Shown here piece by piece: positions 25,670-39,818 of a stretch of DNA of 64,000 nucleotides. Position 1 is the stretch's first letter. Each line of letters starts with the position of its first letter. A model generated the notes under the pieces. The model ran no database searches, was not told the origin of the DNA, and was given only the letters and a program-made list of their open reading frames with translations. The stretch is from the human T2T-CHM13v2.0 reference genome, Homo sapiens, in assembly GCF_009914755.1 (NCBI RefSeq), contig NC_060925.1. The stretch is one strand, 5' to 3'. The position numbers and the translations under genes are program-made.

Positions 25670-25890
25670 GTATGGGTGTTACAGTCACATAGAACTGGCT
25701 TCATATCCCAGTTCTTCCACTATGGCTGTGTAACCTGGAGAAAACTATATAATCTATCTGTACCTCAGTTACTGCATGCATAAAATGGGGCAATGATTTT
25801 TTAAAAACTTGTGAGGATTAGTGATATTGTATGTAACTTACTAGGCACAATAGGCATTCACAAAATGTTATTTGCTGAGTGGCTTTCTAA
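25670..25890 (+). mobile_element. MIR
   Basis: ctggcttcatatcccagttcttccac...tctgtacctcagtt...taaaatgggg...gtgaggattag. Confidence 0.7.
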
Positions 25891-28289
25891 CATTATAATA
25901 AAGGGATTCTTGGGGGTTTTCTGTTTGCTTGTTTTCATTTTTAGGTATTTTTTAAATTTTGAAAGAAAGAGACACCACTCTGTTAGGCCACAGCATCTTG
26001 TGCTAACTTCAAAATGAGCACTGATCACGTTGTAACATAAGCGTAAACCCACCTGCCTCTCCTGTTCAATGATAATCCCCAGAAGATAGAAACTCTGTTT
26101 TTATTTGCCACTGCCACTCCAGTGTCTGGTTAGCAGCATCTGGAGCACAGCAGCCACTCAGTAAATAATTGTGGAAAGAAAGAAAAAAAAGAGAGAGAGA
26201 GAATGGAAGAAAAAGAGGGAAAGAAAGAAAGAGAAAGGAAGGAAGAAAAGAAGAAAAGGAGTTAGCCAAATCACACTCCTTGGTAATGGAGAAGCTGAGA
26301 TTTGAAACCATGTGGACTTAATAGCCAAATCCTTGCTGTTTCCATTACAGCTCCCTGTATCTATTCCTTACTGCCTGAAACTCTTGCTGGGGATGAAGAA
26401 AGGGACACTTAAGATCCCAAACAGGGCCAAGTACCATGTCCAAAAGGCATTTGGTTCATTTTCCGGCTTCAAGTGATTAACCGTGCTATTCTAAAAGATA
26501 ACCATGAAATCAAGTGTCCAAAAAATGCATGACAGTTTTGAGCTGGTTGGCTCTTACTTCATCAGTTCTTGAGTACTCATGAGTTGATCCAATAGAAGTT
26601 ATCTTCAGCTCCCTTCTTTTAAATCTATGTCCTCTGACTCCAAGTGGACTTCAGAGATGCTTTGATTTGATTTGCCCAAGTTTGCTTCAAATTTGCCATA
26701 AACTTTGTTTCAAATTTTAAGGCTATATCTCCAAATTATGTGCTCTTTCTGCATACTACATAGCATGGCATAAGTTGATGTTGTAAGGACCATTCTGTAG
26801 GGAGGCTATCGAGAAAAAATTTAGATCCAGAGACTATTACATTTGGAAGACAACTTAGAGTTCATCAGATCCAGCCCCCTCATTTTGCAGATTGGGAAAC
26901 AGATGCCCAGAGAAGGGAAGAAAGTTGCCTAAGGTCACAGAGCTGTGACTTCCAGTATAGGATATTTTTCACTATATGAGCTCATTTCTTGTTCTGCAAT
27001 CCTGGAGCTTCTTCTTTCTCACATTCAAGATGGCCTTATGACCTGTTTTTTATTGAAGCCAACAACCTCCAGCACTCTTTCGGAGAAGCCAGAAAGGCAT
27101 CCCCTCTTTACCTACTGACAATCGTTAACATTTAGACAACAAACCGCAAAGTTTGTATACCAAGATTCATCAATATCAGTCTTACACTTAGGCACAGGCA
27201 AATGGTAAATATTTACTCCTTTCTCATCAGGTTTTGCAAATAGGAACAAGAGAAATTTGACACAATTTCTCCATGGTCTTTGAAGACAGACTGCCATACT
27301 CCTCAGATTCACTCTAGCTGTCTTCCTTGGCTGCCCACTCTCCCTTCTTGCTAGGAGATGAACCTCATAGCTGGGCTCAAGTTTCAGCTCCTTCACAATT
27401 GTTGTCCGTCACGAGCTCCCAGTCCATGTTGATGTCAATGAAGAGATAAATAGAGAATTACAAGTCACTGGGCTGCACCTGTATATCTTAGAAGCCCAGT
27501 ATCAGGTCTTCTACTTGATGTCTTTAATGTCACCAAAGGCAATGAAGGCATTTATAGCCAGAGTTTGGCTGCTAATTTAGGTTTTAGTACGAGCCACTGA
27601 AGGACATCTGGGTCATCTCTTCTTGGACCAGCTTGGGGCCTGCTGGGCTGATGGAAGCAAACACAATTTATGCAGATAAGATCATCATCTGAAACTGCTG
27701 AAGGCAGAAGAAGCCCTGATGAGGTGGAGAAGTCATCCATTTGCAGGCCTATGATCAATGTTTTAAATATCCTAAGAAGGTCTGTTTTAATAGTTCTAAC
27801 TCAGAGAAAGTATAACTCAGAGTTACTGCAGTATGTCTCAGCCAGACCCAAGTCACCGTGGGTATAATTTATACACACATACTGGGCTGCCTGTGCCAAG
27901 CATTGGCATGTCTCGTTTATATGCTCCCATCATGAGGACCTCAATACATTTTTAATTTAAAAACAATTGATAGGACTGAAACTGTAAATCCCCTTTTGCT
28001 AAAGAGAAAACTTTCTAAGAGTTTCAGTTTTGCAGAAGGGAGGTGGAAACCACTCTTAGCTGATTAACTATTATTATTATTCTTTTATTCTTCATCTCTG
28101 TGTAACTGATCCTAGATTTTCCAGCTGTTTTCTCTAAATGCAATGTTGATAACTTACTGCCTAGGCTAATCCTATGTGGCTCAGCACCAAAAAGTTTTAG
28201 CTGATTAGTTAGCTCCCTAGGTTAGAGGCCTGCTTAGAACATGGTGGAGGGGGAGAAAAAGCTTACCTGGAAATCTGAAGAATGAGATC

Positions 28290-28760
28290 TTATGGTACAT
28301 TGAGTCACCACAGTTGCTTATGCCCTCCCTTCATTAGAATTATATATCTGTATCTTTGGCCCAAGTGACTTCGAAGTACTTCCACTAGAATGAATGAAAT
28401 TTTGTTTTCCTGTCCCACTGCTTCTTTGATTTAGCTCATCTAACTTTATTTAGCCAATGGAATGTAGGTGGAAGTGAGAATGTTCCAGTTCTGAGCTGAG
28501 GTCTCAAGAGATATCTTATTTTTCTGCCTGTCCTCCTTCACACCTAAGCTCCACTATAGCACAAACATGCCCCTGGCAGTGGCTGACCCAAGAGGGTAAG
28601 AGACTCATGGAGCAGACCTAGACCCAAACAGAAGCCTGGAGCCAAGACGAGCAGAGCCCACAGCTGCCACAATTGACATGCAGTCCTGTGAGCAAAAAAT
28701 AAATAATTGTTAGAAGCTACTGACTTTTGGGGTGGTTTGTTACACAGCAAAGACTAATAT
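28290..28760 (+). mobile_element. MLT1H-like MaLR LTR
   Basis: gccaatggaatgtaggtggaagtga...catggagcagaccta...ttttggggtggtttgttacacagca. Confidence 0.75.
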
Positions 28761-30877
28761 AAGCTTTATCTTAACCCTGTCAATAACTAGTTAACACTAA
28801 TCAAGTCATTTCTGCCCAGGGCCTCAGTTTTCTCCTCTGTAAAAAGCAAGAGTTAAACCAGGTAATTTCTAAGTCCTCTTCAAAATCTCTTCAAATTCTA
28901 GAAATTAGTGTCTGCAATGTATGGCATGAATTTCTAGGAAAACCTCTTGTAAATGCATGCTGCTGGTTACTAAGGAGAACTGAACTGGACAGTGAATTTT
29001 TGCTGGTTATTATTGTTTTCTCTTTCTCATGGATAAGATTAAATTAAATGTGAGAATACAAATGTTATAATTTATAGTTGATAATTGGTGTGTATTTTGC
29101 TAATTCGAAGTATAAAACCAATGTATTTACCACGTTGGTTGTTAATTTCCTCCTCAGTGAATTGCTATACTTAATAGAAATATTGCTTTATGCAATAGGA
29201 AATTCATAAACAAAATATAAAATGATTGTGGTTAAAAGAACACATCAAATTCGGTTAAAATAAAAATTATTCTCACTTATGAGAACAATAGTAATTTCCA
29301 CTTTGAGCTCCTATTAACAATTAATAAGTGTTCTAAACCATTACATATATTACCTCATTTAATTCCCAAAATAATTTTTTGAAGATTGTTTTAGTTTTCT
29401 AGATGAGTTACCTGAAGCCCTAAAAGTTTAAATGCCTTGTCTCAAATAACCACCTTGCAAAAACTAGAGGCAGAGATTTGAACCCAGGTCTATCTGACTC
29501 CAGACCTGAAGCTTGTGCTTCAGATAGGGTTGCTACTTGCCTCAGAGCTCTCAGCCCAAGTCAGGTACAAGGCATGCCCTGTGAGGTAACTGTACCTTTT
29601 ATTGCTACACCATACAGTGGCCGACCACTGACTGTGTATTATCTGTGATGCTTCTGGACATCTTTCAAATAAGTGTGATGTGTAATAATTTCATATCACA
29701 AACTCAAGTGTGGAAAAAAATACCATTTCCACCTGATGACAAGAAATCTGCATATTTTCATATAGTCACAAAATTGAAATGAAACTTTTTTGGCATAAAC
29801 TCAGTCATATTAAGAGTTCATTCCTTGTCTCCTTTCTGGCCAGGTGTCATCTAATGTTTGGAGGAGGGTCTTAAAAGCAACCAAAGGGTGATGAGGGAAA
29901 AATGGCGAGAGACATTGCATTTGCCACTCCCTGCCCTCACCCTTTGTTGGCCTAGGATGCTGTTTACTCTTTGGCCATTAGCTTTGATCCCTAGGGCATG
30001 TACTGCCCTTGTCCATGGTCCTGCAGTTACCTCTCAGTACCAGAACTCATGGCTATCTCTGTGTGCTAATGCTATCAGGCCCCTTTAAATCTACAAGGTA
30101 TCCCTCAACCATTTCCACTTGTCTCCTGGAAGCTCAGAAAATTCTGTATGCTTCCCTTTGCTACTCCTAAAGAAACCTAGGAGGCTGTTTCAATTCAACT
30201 TTGCTAGACACATAATGCCACTTTACTATTTCAGTACTGCTGCTCCATGCTGGCATGCAGGAATTCTCTCCTGACTCTTCAGGTTTTACCAGCACAGTGA
30301 AGCCTATGTCTTCTCTGAGACCCCTTGTTCCTTCAGGACCTGCCCCACTGGGTAGCTGGCAGGACACTGGGCCCCTTGTCAGCTATCATCTGGTGTCTCC
30401 TCATGTCCCCTTTGATCCTTGCCTACATACTTCTCCTCTCCCTCCCCCTACCACCGGCTCCATTTTTGTCTTGCCTCCAGGGCTAAATAAAATGGCTCTT
30501 CCATTCTTTTTTAAGTCACTTGCTTATGTCATGCACTTTATGCCATGATTCCTTCAGGGCTTTACCTCTGATACTGAAAAGGGCCTGGCTGTTACAAATC
30601 AGAAGCAATAATTTTAAAAAATCTATTTAGAAACTCAAAAAGCCCAGAACTTACTGGGTTTTCTCTCCCTTTATATTACTGCTCTAATAATCTTAATCTC
30701 CCTTGGGGCAAAGGGTGCCTCTGATTTAATAGGAGAAGGATGGCAGGATAACTTGTGGAGGTGAGGAAGGCACAGGAGGTAGGGAGATTCTTGGGTAATA
30801 TCTCAGAATAGTCATCAAGCAATAAAGGGATGCAGTTGATAGTGAAAGCCGTAAATGCTCAATTTCTGAGGCTTCTC

Positions 30878-31520
30878 ATTCATTCATTCAATAAATATTT
30901 GTTAAACACTGACTACGTGCTATCTTAGGAGCTGCATAAACAGCAATAAACAAGGCAGACAAGGCTGCTGCTTTCATAAAGCTTTTATACTCTAGTTGGG
31001 GGAGACAAACAATGAACAAGAAAACAAATGTATAAGGTAATGAATTACATATAGTGCTAACTAAGAAAACACATTGATGATCTATAGAGCATAGGGAAGA
31101 GGTGGGGCAGCTACTTTAGACTGGTCGGGTAAGGAAGGTCTTTCTTAATGTCAATATCTGAAATGAAACTGAATAGTGAGAAGGAGCCAGAAATGGAAAG
31201 ATCTGGGGGTCAGATGCTCCATGGAGAAGGCACAGCAAGCACAAAGGCCTGCATAAACAGCAGCTAAGGACAGGAGGAAAATCGGAAGGATGTCTGGAAG
31301 CATCATGAGTGAGAAGAGAGGGTGGCGCAGAGGTCTGAAAGAAGCAGGGGCCCGATAAAGGTCTTTCATGGTGGAGTTTGAATTTTATTCTAAGGGCAAG
31401 AGGAAATCATATAGGATTATAAGCAAAAGAAAGACACAGTCATTTACTTTTAAAAACATTCTATCTATCTGCTGGGTAGAGAATAGCGTACAAAGAGGCA
31501 GGAGCAGAACAGGCAATAGC
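30878..31520 (-). mobile_element. L2 fragment
   Basis: cattcattcattcaataaatatttg start, purine-rich body, gagtttgaattttattctaagggc. Confidence 0.75.
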
Positions 31521-32059
31521 CTTAAGGGTTCTGCATAGAAAAAGCCCTATGAGTAGCTCTCCCTGCTAGTAGTGTTCCAGATTTCAGCCAATATCAGGGA
31601 AGTCCAGAACTCCCCTTCAAATAACCTCCTGATGAATGGTCACTAGGATGTAGTTCACTGAACTTCAGCAGCTTTTCCTGCCCCTCCTCTCTGTCCAACT
31701 GGAGCCCTTTGGAGGGAACTCAGGGAATGTTGTGCTCTGTAGGCGCCGGCTAGAGACCACCATGAATCCAATTATTTTCTCTTATCTAAATTGAGGCTTC
31801 CAAGGTGGTGGTGGGGGTGCCTCTTTCTTTCTTTGCTTCATTGTTTCCCCTACAGCATTATCATAGTGCTAGGCACATACCAAGGAATCAAAGAACATTT
31901 GTTGATTCAGAGATTGATTGATTCTGAGGCACTTGAGTACATTTGTAAATATCCTTTGAGGATCTTGCATCCCATTGGAATAAAACACTTCATGTTTTAT
32001 TCAGTTCTTTCCCCATATGCAAATGTGCAGGTGCCCCGATGGCATATAGATAACATCAT

Positions 32060-32084
32060 TACACACACACACACACACACACAC
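32060..32084. repeat. (CA)n microsatellite
   Basis: About 12 units read directly. Confidence 0.9.
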
Positions 32085-32249
32085 TCCTGCACACCAAAGA
32101 AATGACTGCTCACATAGATGACACGATTAGAGGAAGTATTGGGGTTTAATGCAAGAATGATTGGATATATTCCCCAGATGCTTACGTCCTGCATTTGCAG
32201 GGCATCCTTTCCTACAAGCTCCATGAAGCAAGAGTTAGTTAAGCTAGAC

Positions 32250-32475
32250 AACCTGGGATAGAGCAATAAAAACTAGACAAGGAGCCAGGATGTTTTTAGT
32301 TCTAGGTCTACAATTCGTAGCTATGTGACCTTGAGCAAGTCACGTCAGCAAGCCAAACTTCAGTTTCTGATCTGTAAAAATGAAATAAAAATAGTTGCTT
32401 TGAATAACTTTTATATTGGAATGAAGCATCAAATAAAATCATGTAAATGAAAGTGATTTGTAAACTGTAAAGTGA
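32250..32475 (+). mobile_element. MIR
   Basis: gctatgtgaccttgagcaagtcac...cagtttctgatctgtaaaaatg...aagtgatttgtaaactgtaaagtg. Confidence 0.75.
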
Positions 32476-33089
32476 AATGTGTGAGAGAGTTACAAACTAA
32501 TTTTACCACAGCCCCTGTCAAATGCTAACGGCCCAACCCTGCAGAGCTGGAAAAAAAAAAAGAATATGTCAATGTTTTTAAAACGGTGGAATCAGATCAC
32601 TGGGTCCATTTCAAATTGCTATAAAAAGCATATAATTAACTTTCAGGATTTTACATTCCTTGACTATTCAGCAACAGCTGTTTCCATAGTTCTTCCGAGG
32701 TATTTGAGTTTTCCTCATATTTTATGCTTTTTTTTTTACAATAATTGGATGTCCCCATCTTCATCACCAAGGAATATATTGATGCTTTTAAATACTATCT
32801 ATGATATGAAGACGTGAGAAGTCACTTTCATTCCTTATTCAAATTTTTCTATTTCTAAAGTGTATTCTTTCTTTGATTATTTATTCCAATGCTTTAAAAT
32901 ATCAAGATCATGTGTGGATAGGTGTCCCAAACTCATAAATCAGGATGTAATATCTTTTTAATGGATTTTTTTTCCATTTTGAAAACTAAATACATTAAAA
33001 ACAAAAAACAATATCTACTATGAACTATCACCATCATATTATAAAAGCAAGAACCTTTGAAATAAATGAAGATTAAATTCATGGAAAAT

Positions 33090-35960
33090 TCCTTCTTTTG
33101 ATTAATAACTTTGTTTTAATTGATATTTTGAATTGTATTTTTAATAAATGATATATTCGATGTGGTTCTACCACTTAAAAGGTACAAAAGAAGGTTCTAT
33201 CCAAAGTTTTCCCATTTGGTCACTGATCTGCTCAGCTCCCTTTCTCAAAGTCAATTTTTTATCAGTTTTTTGTGTATACTTCTAGAGCTTTTATGCACAC
33301 ACAGATATTTACGTGTTTGTGTGTACTTGTGCGTGTGTGTCTTTACTATACAAATGATAGCATGCCATACAGATTTTTATTCACTTTACTTTCTTCACTT
33401 AATAAATTTTGAGATTTCTCCATATCAGCTTGTAGAGAGGATCCTGCCTGGTCTTATGCACGGCAGCATAGTATTCTATGGTATGGATACTCTGCTTACA
33501 TACCTGCTGACAGACATTTATTTAGATAGATTCCTGCCAACAGACATTTAGGGTGTTACCACTCATTTGTTATTGCAAACAATCTTTGCTGAATGATCTT
33601 GTGTATTCACCATTTTATTCATGTGCAATATATCTTTAGAATACATTTCTAGCAGTGAACTTGATCAGTGTAAATGTATGTTAAATACTGACAAAATGCC
33701 CTCCTTTGATGTAGCTCCAATTTATATTCTCCCTAGGAAAGCCTATTCCCCCATGTCTTTTTTATAACAAATTTTGTATCTTTGACAAAGAGAGATGAAA
33801 AATAGTATCTCTCCTTGTAGTTTGATTTTTGTGTCTCTTAACATGAATGAAGTCAAGGACCTTTTTACATGATTAGTAGCCAATTGTATAAATTTTTCTG
33901 TGAACTGTATGTTCACGTCTTTCATCCTTTTTTTTTTCCTTTAGGGATGTTTGTCTTTTTGTTAAAGGCTTATGTGAATTATTTTTATATTACAGAAATT
34001 GGTCTTCTGTCCATGATAAGATTTTTAAAGAAGTATTTTTTCAGAGTTTATCACAAGCTTTTGAATGATTATATTTTGCCTTAAGTGTATGTTTTCTAAT
34101 TTACTGTAGTTTGGTGTATTAATATTTTCTTTTAACTCCAAGATTTGTGAAATGGTTAAAAAGGCCTTCTTTCTACACTATGAGATTATAATTTGTTCTC
34201 TTAGTTTCCTCTGGTAACTCTATGGTTTCACTTTTTACCCCTAATTCTTTGATCCAGTTTTAATTTATCCTGGTATAAGACTTAAAGTATGAATTCAACT
34301 TAAATTTTTTTCCAGATGGTGACCCAGTTTTCCAACAAAATTTATTGAATAATCCATATTTTCTCACTAATATGAAATGAAAATTTATCATATACTAAAG
34401 TCACGTAAGTCTTTTGGCCTATTTCTAGACTTTCAGTTCTGTCCCATTGGCTGCCAGTTTATTCATGTACCAGAACCAAAATTTTATTATTGCAGCATGA
34501 TATTTTAATATCTGATAATGAATTTCTCACTCCATTTTACATATTTTTAAATTTTGTTCCTTTTCTTTGTTTCTCCATTTGAATTTCAGAATAAGCTTGT
34601 ATGCTTCCAGAAACAAATCTTATTGACATTTGTATTGGAATCATGTTAAATATAAAAGTTCAGCTCAGGAATAATTGATATAGTCTTATGTTGTTGAGTC
34701 CTTTTATCTCACCATATGGTATGTCTAGCGATTTGTGTAGGTTGTTACATTTCCTCAGTAGTGTATTTTATGAGAGTGCGTGCACACACACACAACTTAT
34801 TAAGTTTATTACTAGAAATTTTATATTTTACACTTGATCTTAGCCAAAAGGCTGAGAAGTGATGATATTTTATATTTTAAAAATCAACCGTAAATGGTGT
34901 GTTTCCTTCTAGTAGAGCTTTAACTGTTTATTGTTTTTACATAAGAAAGCTATTTTCTTCCTTTCCCTTTTACTTTACTGAGTTTAGTTTGTAACAGTTT
35001 TTAGTTATACGATATACAAATAGGTAACTACAACTTCTAAGTTACATGCCTCTAATTCCTGCCTTTCATATGATCCCATTTGCTAGTACTTCCAGATGAT
35101 GCTGAATAGCACCAGTGATGTAGGTCATTCTTGCTCTATTCCTAATTTTAACACTTTCTGACTATTAATGCTTCTAGTGTTTTCTTAATAAGCATAATGC
35201 TGGCTTTGCAGTTGCAGTACATTATATTATATTAAAGAAATTTAATTTATTTCTATTTTATGGACTCTTCTCTTTTTTCCTTTTTTAAAAAAGCAATTCT
35301 AAAATGTAAAGTGCCTTTCTTCAGTACCTATGGAGAAACCTGATAGTCTTCTTTCCTCCTTAAATATAGTGAAATATGGTAGTATGTTTCCTAAGGATCA
35401 TCTTTTTATTCCTAGAATAAACCCCACTTTGTCAGAATGGTTTATAGTTTTAATTTATTTAGGACTTTTGCATCATATTAGTACATGGAATTCATCTGTA
35501 GTTTTATGTTTCTGTGCAATCTTTATCAGGTTTTGATGTACAGTTTCATATAAAGATTATCCCAAGAGTTTGGTAGTTTTCTTTCCTTCCACCGTCACCA
35601 CTCCGCCCACGCTCTGGAAGAGTTTAAATGAGTTTAATTCTGTTCTGTAAAGGTGTAGTAGAATTTCTGAAACTGGATTTTATGCCTTTGGTGTGTGGGA
35701 GAGGGAAGATATTAATAGCTTTCTTATTTCATTTATAGGAACTGGTCTGTTTAATATTTCTAGTATATTGTCTAGTATACTTTCCATTTCATTTATGTTT
35801 CCAAGTTTGTATAAAACTGAGCTAGGTAATTTATTTAAATTTCCTCTATGCCTTTGGTGCTACTTCTTATCAATCATTTCTTACTTTGTGCATTTGTGCT
35901 TCCTTTTAAAACTGTTTAAATATTTTATTTTATTTTAAAATCAGCTTTTGAACGTATTTG
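33090..35960 (-). mobile_element. Old L1M (L1ME/L1MC-like) ORF2/3' fragments
   Basis: T-rich antisense L1 motifs (tttattgaataatcc, tattggaatcatgttaaa, cattcttgctctattcctaatttta, tcctagaataaaccccact). Confidence 0.75.
34829..34863 (-). pseudogene. RNU2: Tailless U2 snRNA retropseudogene (U2 nt 1-35)
   Basis: Minus strand ATCACTTCTCAGCCTTTTGGCTAAGATCAAGTGTA versus U2 ATCGCTTCTCGGCCTTTTGGCTAAGATCAAGTGTA (two CpG transitions). TSD attttatatttta at 34818-34830 and 34867-34879. Confidence 0.92.
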
Positions 35961-36674
35961 CCTTCCTTTCAGTTTCAACTTCTTTGCTGTGATGGATTTT
36001 CTCTGCCATTTAGTTTTTTGTTGTGTTCTATAGATCATGTCTCAGATCCTCCTGTCGCCTTGAGTTCTATTTTTTTGTGTTCTTTCACCAAGATGATTGC
36101 TTTAAGTTTTTTATTATTATTATTTGGGCAAAATACTTTATCATAATTTTTAGATCCTCTATCAGTTCCTTTTGGGACACTCATCTTTAAAGGAGGTTTT
36201 TGTATTGTTTTGTTTTTTGTTTGTTTGTTTTTGTTTTTTACCTAAGCCAGCAATTGCTGGAGGTTTCTGTTGGCAGAAGTCAGGACCATGTCTCAGGCTA
36301 GTTAGAATTTTCTTTATTCCCAGGAGCTTGTATACAAGTTATTTATCCTTGGTTCCTCCACAGCCAAAGAATAAACAAAGGTGGGCAGGTTTCCACAATT
36401 TATAGTCTGTTCCTCTGTCAAACTGCTTCAAACAAATCTGACCTGTTTATGTGATTCCCTGCATGGCCTTGCTGCTTCTCCTTGGGACCAAACTGTACTA
36501 TTGGTGCCAGCCTATGAGCTCTGGTCCCACTATTGCCTGTAGGAATTTAGCTTGCTCCTCAACTGTTTTTTGTTAATCTCTGAAAGGAAAAGGAGAAAAT
36601 GCTCATTTGTGTTATGTCTTTAAACTGGAAATGTTCGAATATCTTACACAATAAATATGACATTATTTATTTTA

Positions 36675-37062
<388 letters not shown>

Positions 37063-37202
37063 TTAACTCCAGACCTGTATACTTCATTATTGTCTATTTG
37101 GTGTCTAACCCGGCACTTGACACATGACCCTTCAATATATATTTAGGTGTTGTTGAACTAATGAATATATGCTATAAATGATACTGAACAATTACCTTAA
37201 AT

Positions 37203-37379
37203 CAGGAGTTGCACGCCGGTACAAACATGGCCTGCCAATATGTTCTTTGGGCAGAATAGCATTTGTTAAGCAGGGTGTGCGTTCTGAAGTTCTTCCTACA
37301 CTCTATTGTTTTGCCTAGCTGCTTTATCCACACACTTTATTTACTTGACCTCTAAAGTTATTGGATATGGAGACCTCTG
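37203..37379 (-). mobile_element. MER102-like hAT relic
   Basis: Minus strand cagaggtctcc...ccaataactttagaggtcaagtaaataaag...aaaacaatagagtg resembles the MER102 start. Confidence 0.55.
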
Positions 37380-39519
37380 CAAATACTTGATTAAATATGT
37401 CAGATTATATTATCTGGACATTCTTATTTTTTAAAAAAAATGTTATCACACACAAACACAATCTAGAGTTTAGAAAAATTGTAGTCAGCCTGGAGTAAAA
37501 TTTGGAAGTCAGCTTGAGAGATGATTTAACCCATCCATAGCCTCAGGGAAAACAGTGCTTCATTCATTACAGGAGTCTGCCTTCTGGACCATATATTATA
37601 CCTTGCATAGAATCCAGGAGGAATAAGTAAAATGAAGTGGCACCCAATGGCTGTCAGTGTCTAGTTACAACTTCTCAGCTTTCTAGAGGTCTGATCCTGT
37701 ACCAGGTATCCAAGGGCATATGCAGAGAGTGGGAGCTCTGCTCCATATGCCCCTGGAGCTACCCATCTTTCTAACTAGTGATCCATACTCAACCTTTTCC
37801 AGGAAGCTCAGCTGAATAGCATGGGCTGTATTTGAGAGTATGAAGATTTTCTCAAGGATTTAGGTCCTCTGATACGTTTCCTTTGAAGTACTCTCAGGAG
37901 AAAATGTTCTGAAACAGAGTGAGGCATCACTTCAGCTCTGGCCAGTGAACTCACATTTATTTTATTCCAGGTGAATCCATCTTAGTATAACCTGCCAGCT
38001 GAGTACATATAGAGAAGTGAGGAAAAAAGGAGGGACTACACAGGATGATAATCTGATCAATATTCTCTGATCATAATATGTGGATCTTTGCCTCTTCTAA
38101 GATCTGACTACTGAGATGCAGGAAGCTACATCTCAATTCCTGTTCCTTCGGTCCTGACCCTACAAGAGTCAATTTCCATTCCCTTCAGCAAGTTAGAGTT
38201 AAAGATGGTTCACGGAGACTGGAATAAAGCAACACCCTAGAAAAAAACTTCATCAGAGCAATGCTAGTTTCAGAGTACTGTGGAAGCCTCCTCCACTAAG
38301 GGTAGGACAAACAGATTTCCAGCCCTACATGTCCTCTTCTTGGGAACTGCTAAGAGTTTTTCAGCTTCTATGGAGTAAAAAACCATAGAACAAATCGAGA
38401 ACTTTAGAACGCTAAAGGAACTTAAAAACTGTCTATCCCAATCTCCTTATTTTATGGAGCAGATAGCAGAACTCCAGGGAAGAACTGTTACTTACCCAAG
38501 GTTACAGAACTAGTCAATTGCTCTTTCTGAGGCTCTACACTGCTTCACTTTACCAATTTCACTGTACACGTATTATATGCCAGATATGATTAAGGGTTGT
38601 GAGACACATGAACATAAGACAAGTTCTTGCTTTTGAAGAACTTTAAGAGAGGTAGGAAAAAATGATCATTTCAGGAGGCAAAACATTTAAATTTAGGGCC
38701 ATATTTTCTCAAAAGATTAAGAACAGATTATATTCTTAATCTTTTGATTACAAAGAGACAAAGAGCATTCAAACAGCTGAACTCTTATTGTATTGCCCAC
38801 CAAATACAATAGCAAGAAATATATAGAAACTGTCTATTACTGATGGTTCTCTTCAATAGTGTTAACAAATCTGGATCCCTGGATTCATTTGATTCCCTAA
38901 AGCCCACAGCCAAGTGTCTTCAAGGACAGTGGGGTGACTGCTGCAATAAGGAAATGAGGCAGGAGAGAGGGCATTCTGGCTCTTTTGGCAGAACCTAGTG
39001 TTCTTGGTGGTGGCGTGTTCAATCACAGTAAATTTTTGCCTTACTTGGAAATACAGAACAAGAATTCCAGTGTATACATAGAAACATATACAGAAGAACA
39101 AAACTATTAGGATTTCACACCAAAACCCTTTAAATAGGAATTTATTAAACATTAATTGTTCCCTCTTTCAGTACAGAGACAGGACCTATGTTTTTGGAAA
39201 TGCTCCCAAAATAGGTAACATGTTCATACCATTTGCTTCCCATATCCTCTTCTGAGATTTTCACAAGTTTCCTAAAATAAGATAGCAATGCACATAAGGA
39301 GCTATCAGAACATAAACAGTACATCGAGCTCCCGGCAGCCATCAAGGTGATAGCTGAGCTGGGTCCTACAAAGAGAAAGACTGCACCATGAAGAACAGTG
39401 GGAAGGCATATCTACAAGAGGAAAGAATATGGGGACACACACATACAGACAGAGAGCTATACCAAAGAATGGCATGTGAGGAGCTATATGCCAACACCCT
39501 CTTTAAAAAGGGGGAAGCT

Positions 39520-39818
39520 GGCCGGGTGCGGTGACTCACACCTGTAATCCCAGTGCTTTGGGAGGCCGAGGCAGGCAGATCACAGGTCAGGAGATCGAGA
39601 TCATCCTGGCTAACACGGAGAAACCCCGTCTCTACTAAAAATACAAAAAATTAGCCGGACGTGGTGGCGGGCGCCTGTAGTCCCAGCTACTCAGGAGGCT
39701 GAGGCAGGAGAATGGCGTGAACTCAGGAGGCGGAGCTTGCAGTGAGCCGAGACTGCGCCACTGCACTCCAGCCTGGGCAACAGAGCGAGACTCCGTCTCA
39801 AGAAAAAAAAAAAAAAAA
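39520..39818 (+). mobile_element. AluY, full length
   Basis: gagatcgaga..atcctggctaacacgg, gaatggcgtgaac, ggagcttgcag; TSD approximately aaaag(c)gggggaagct. Confidence 0.95.
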
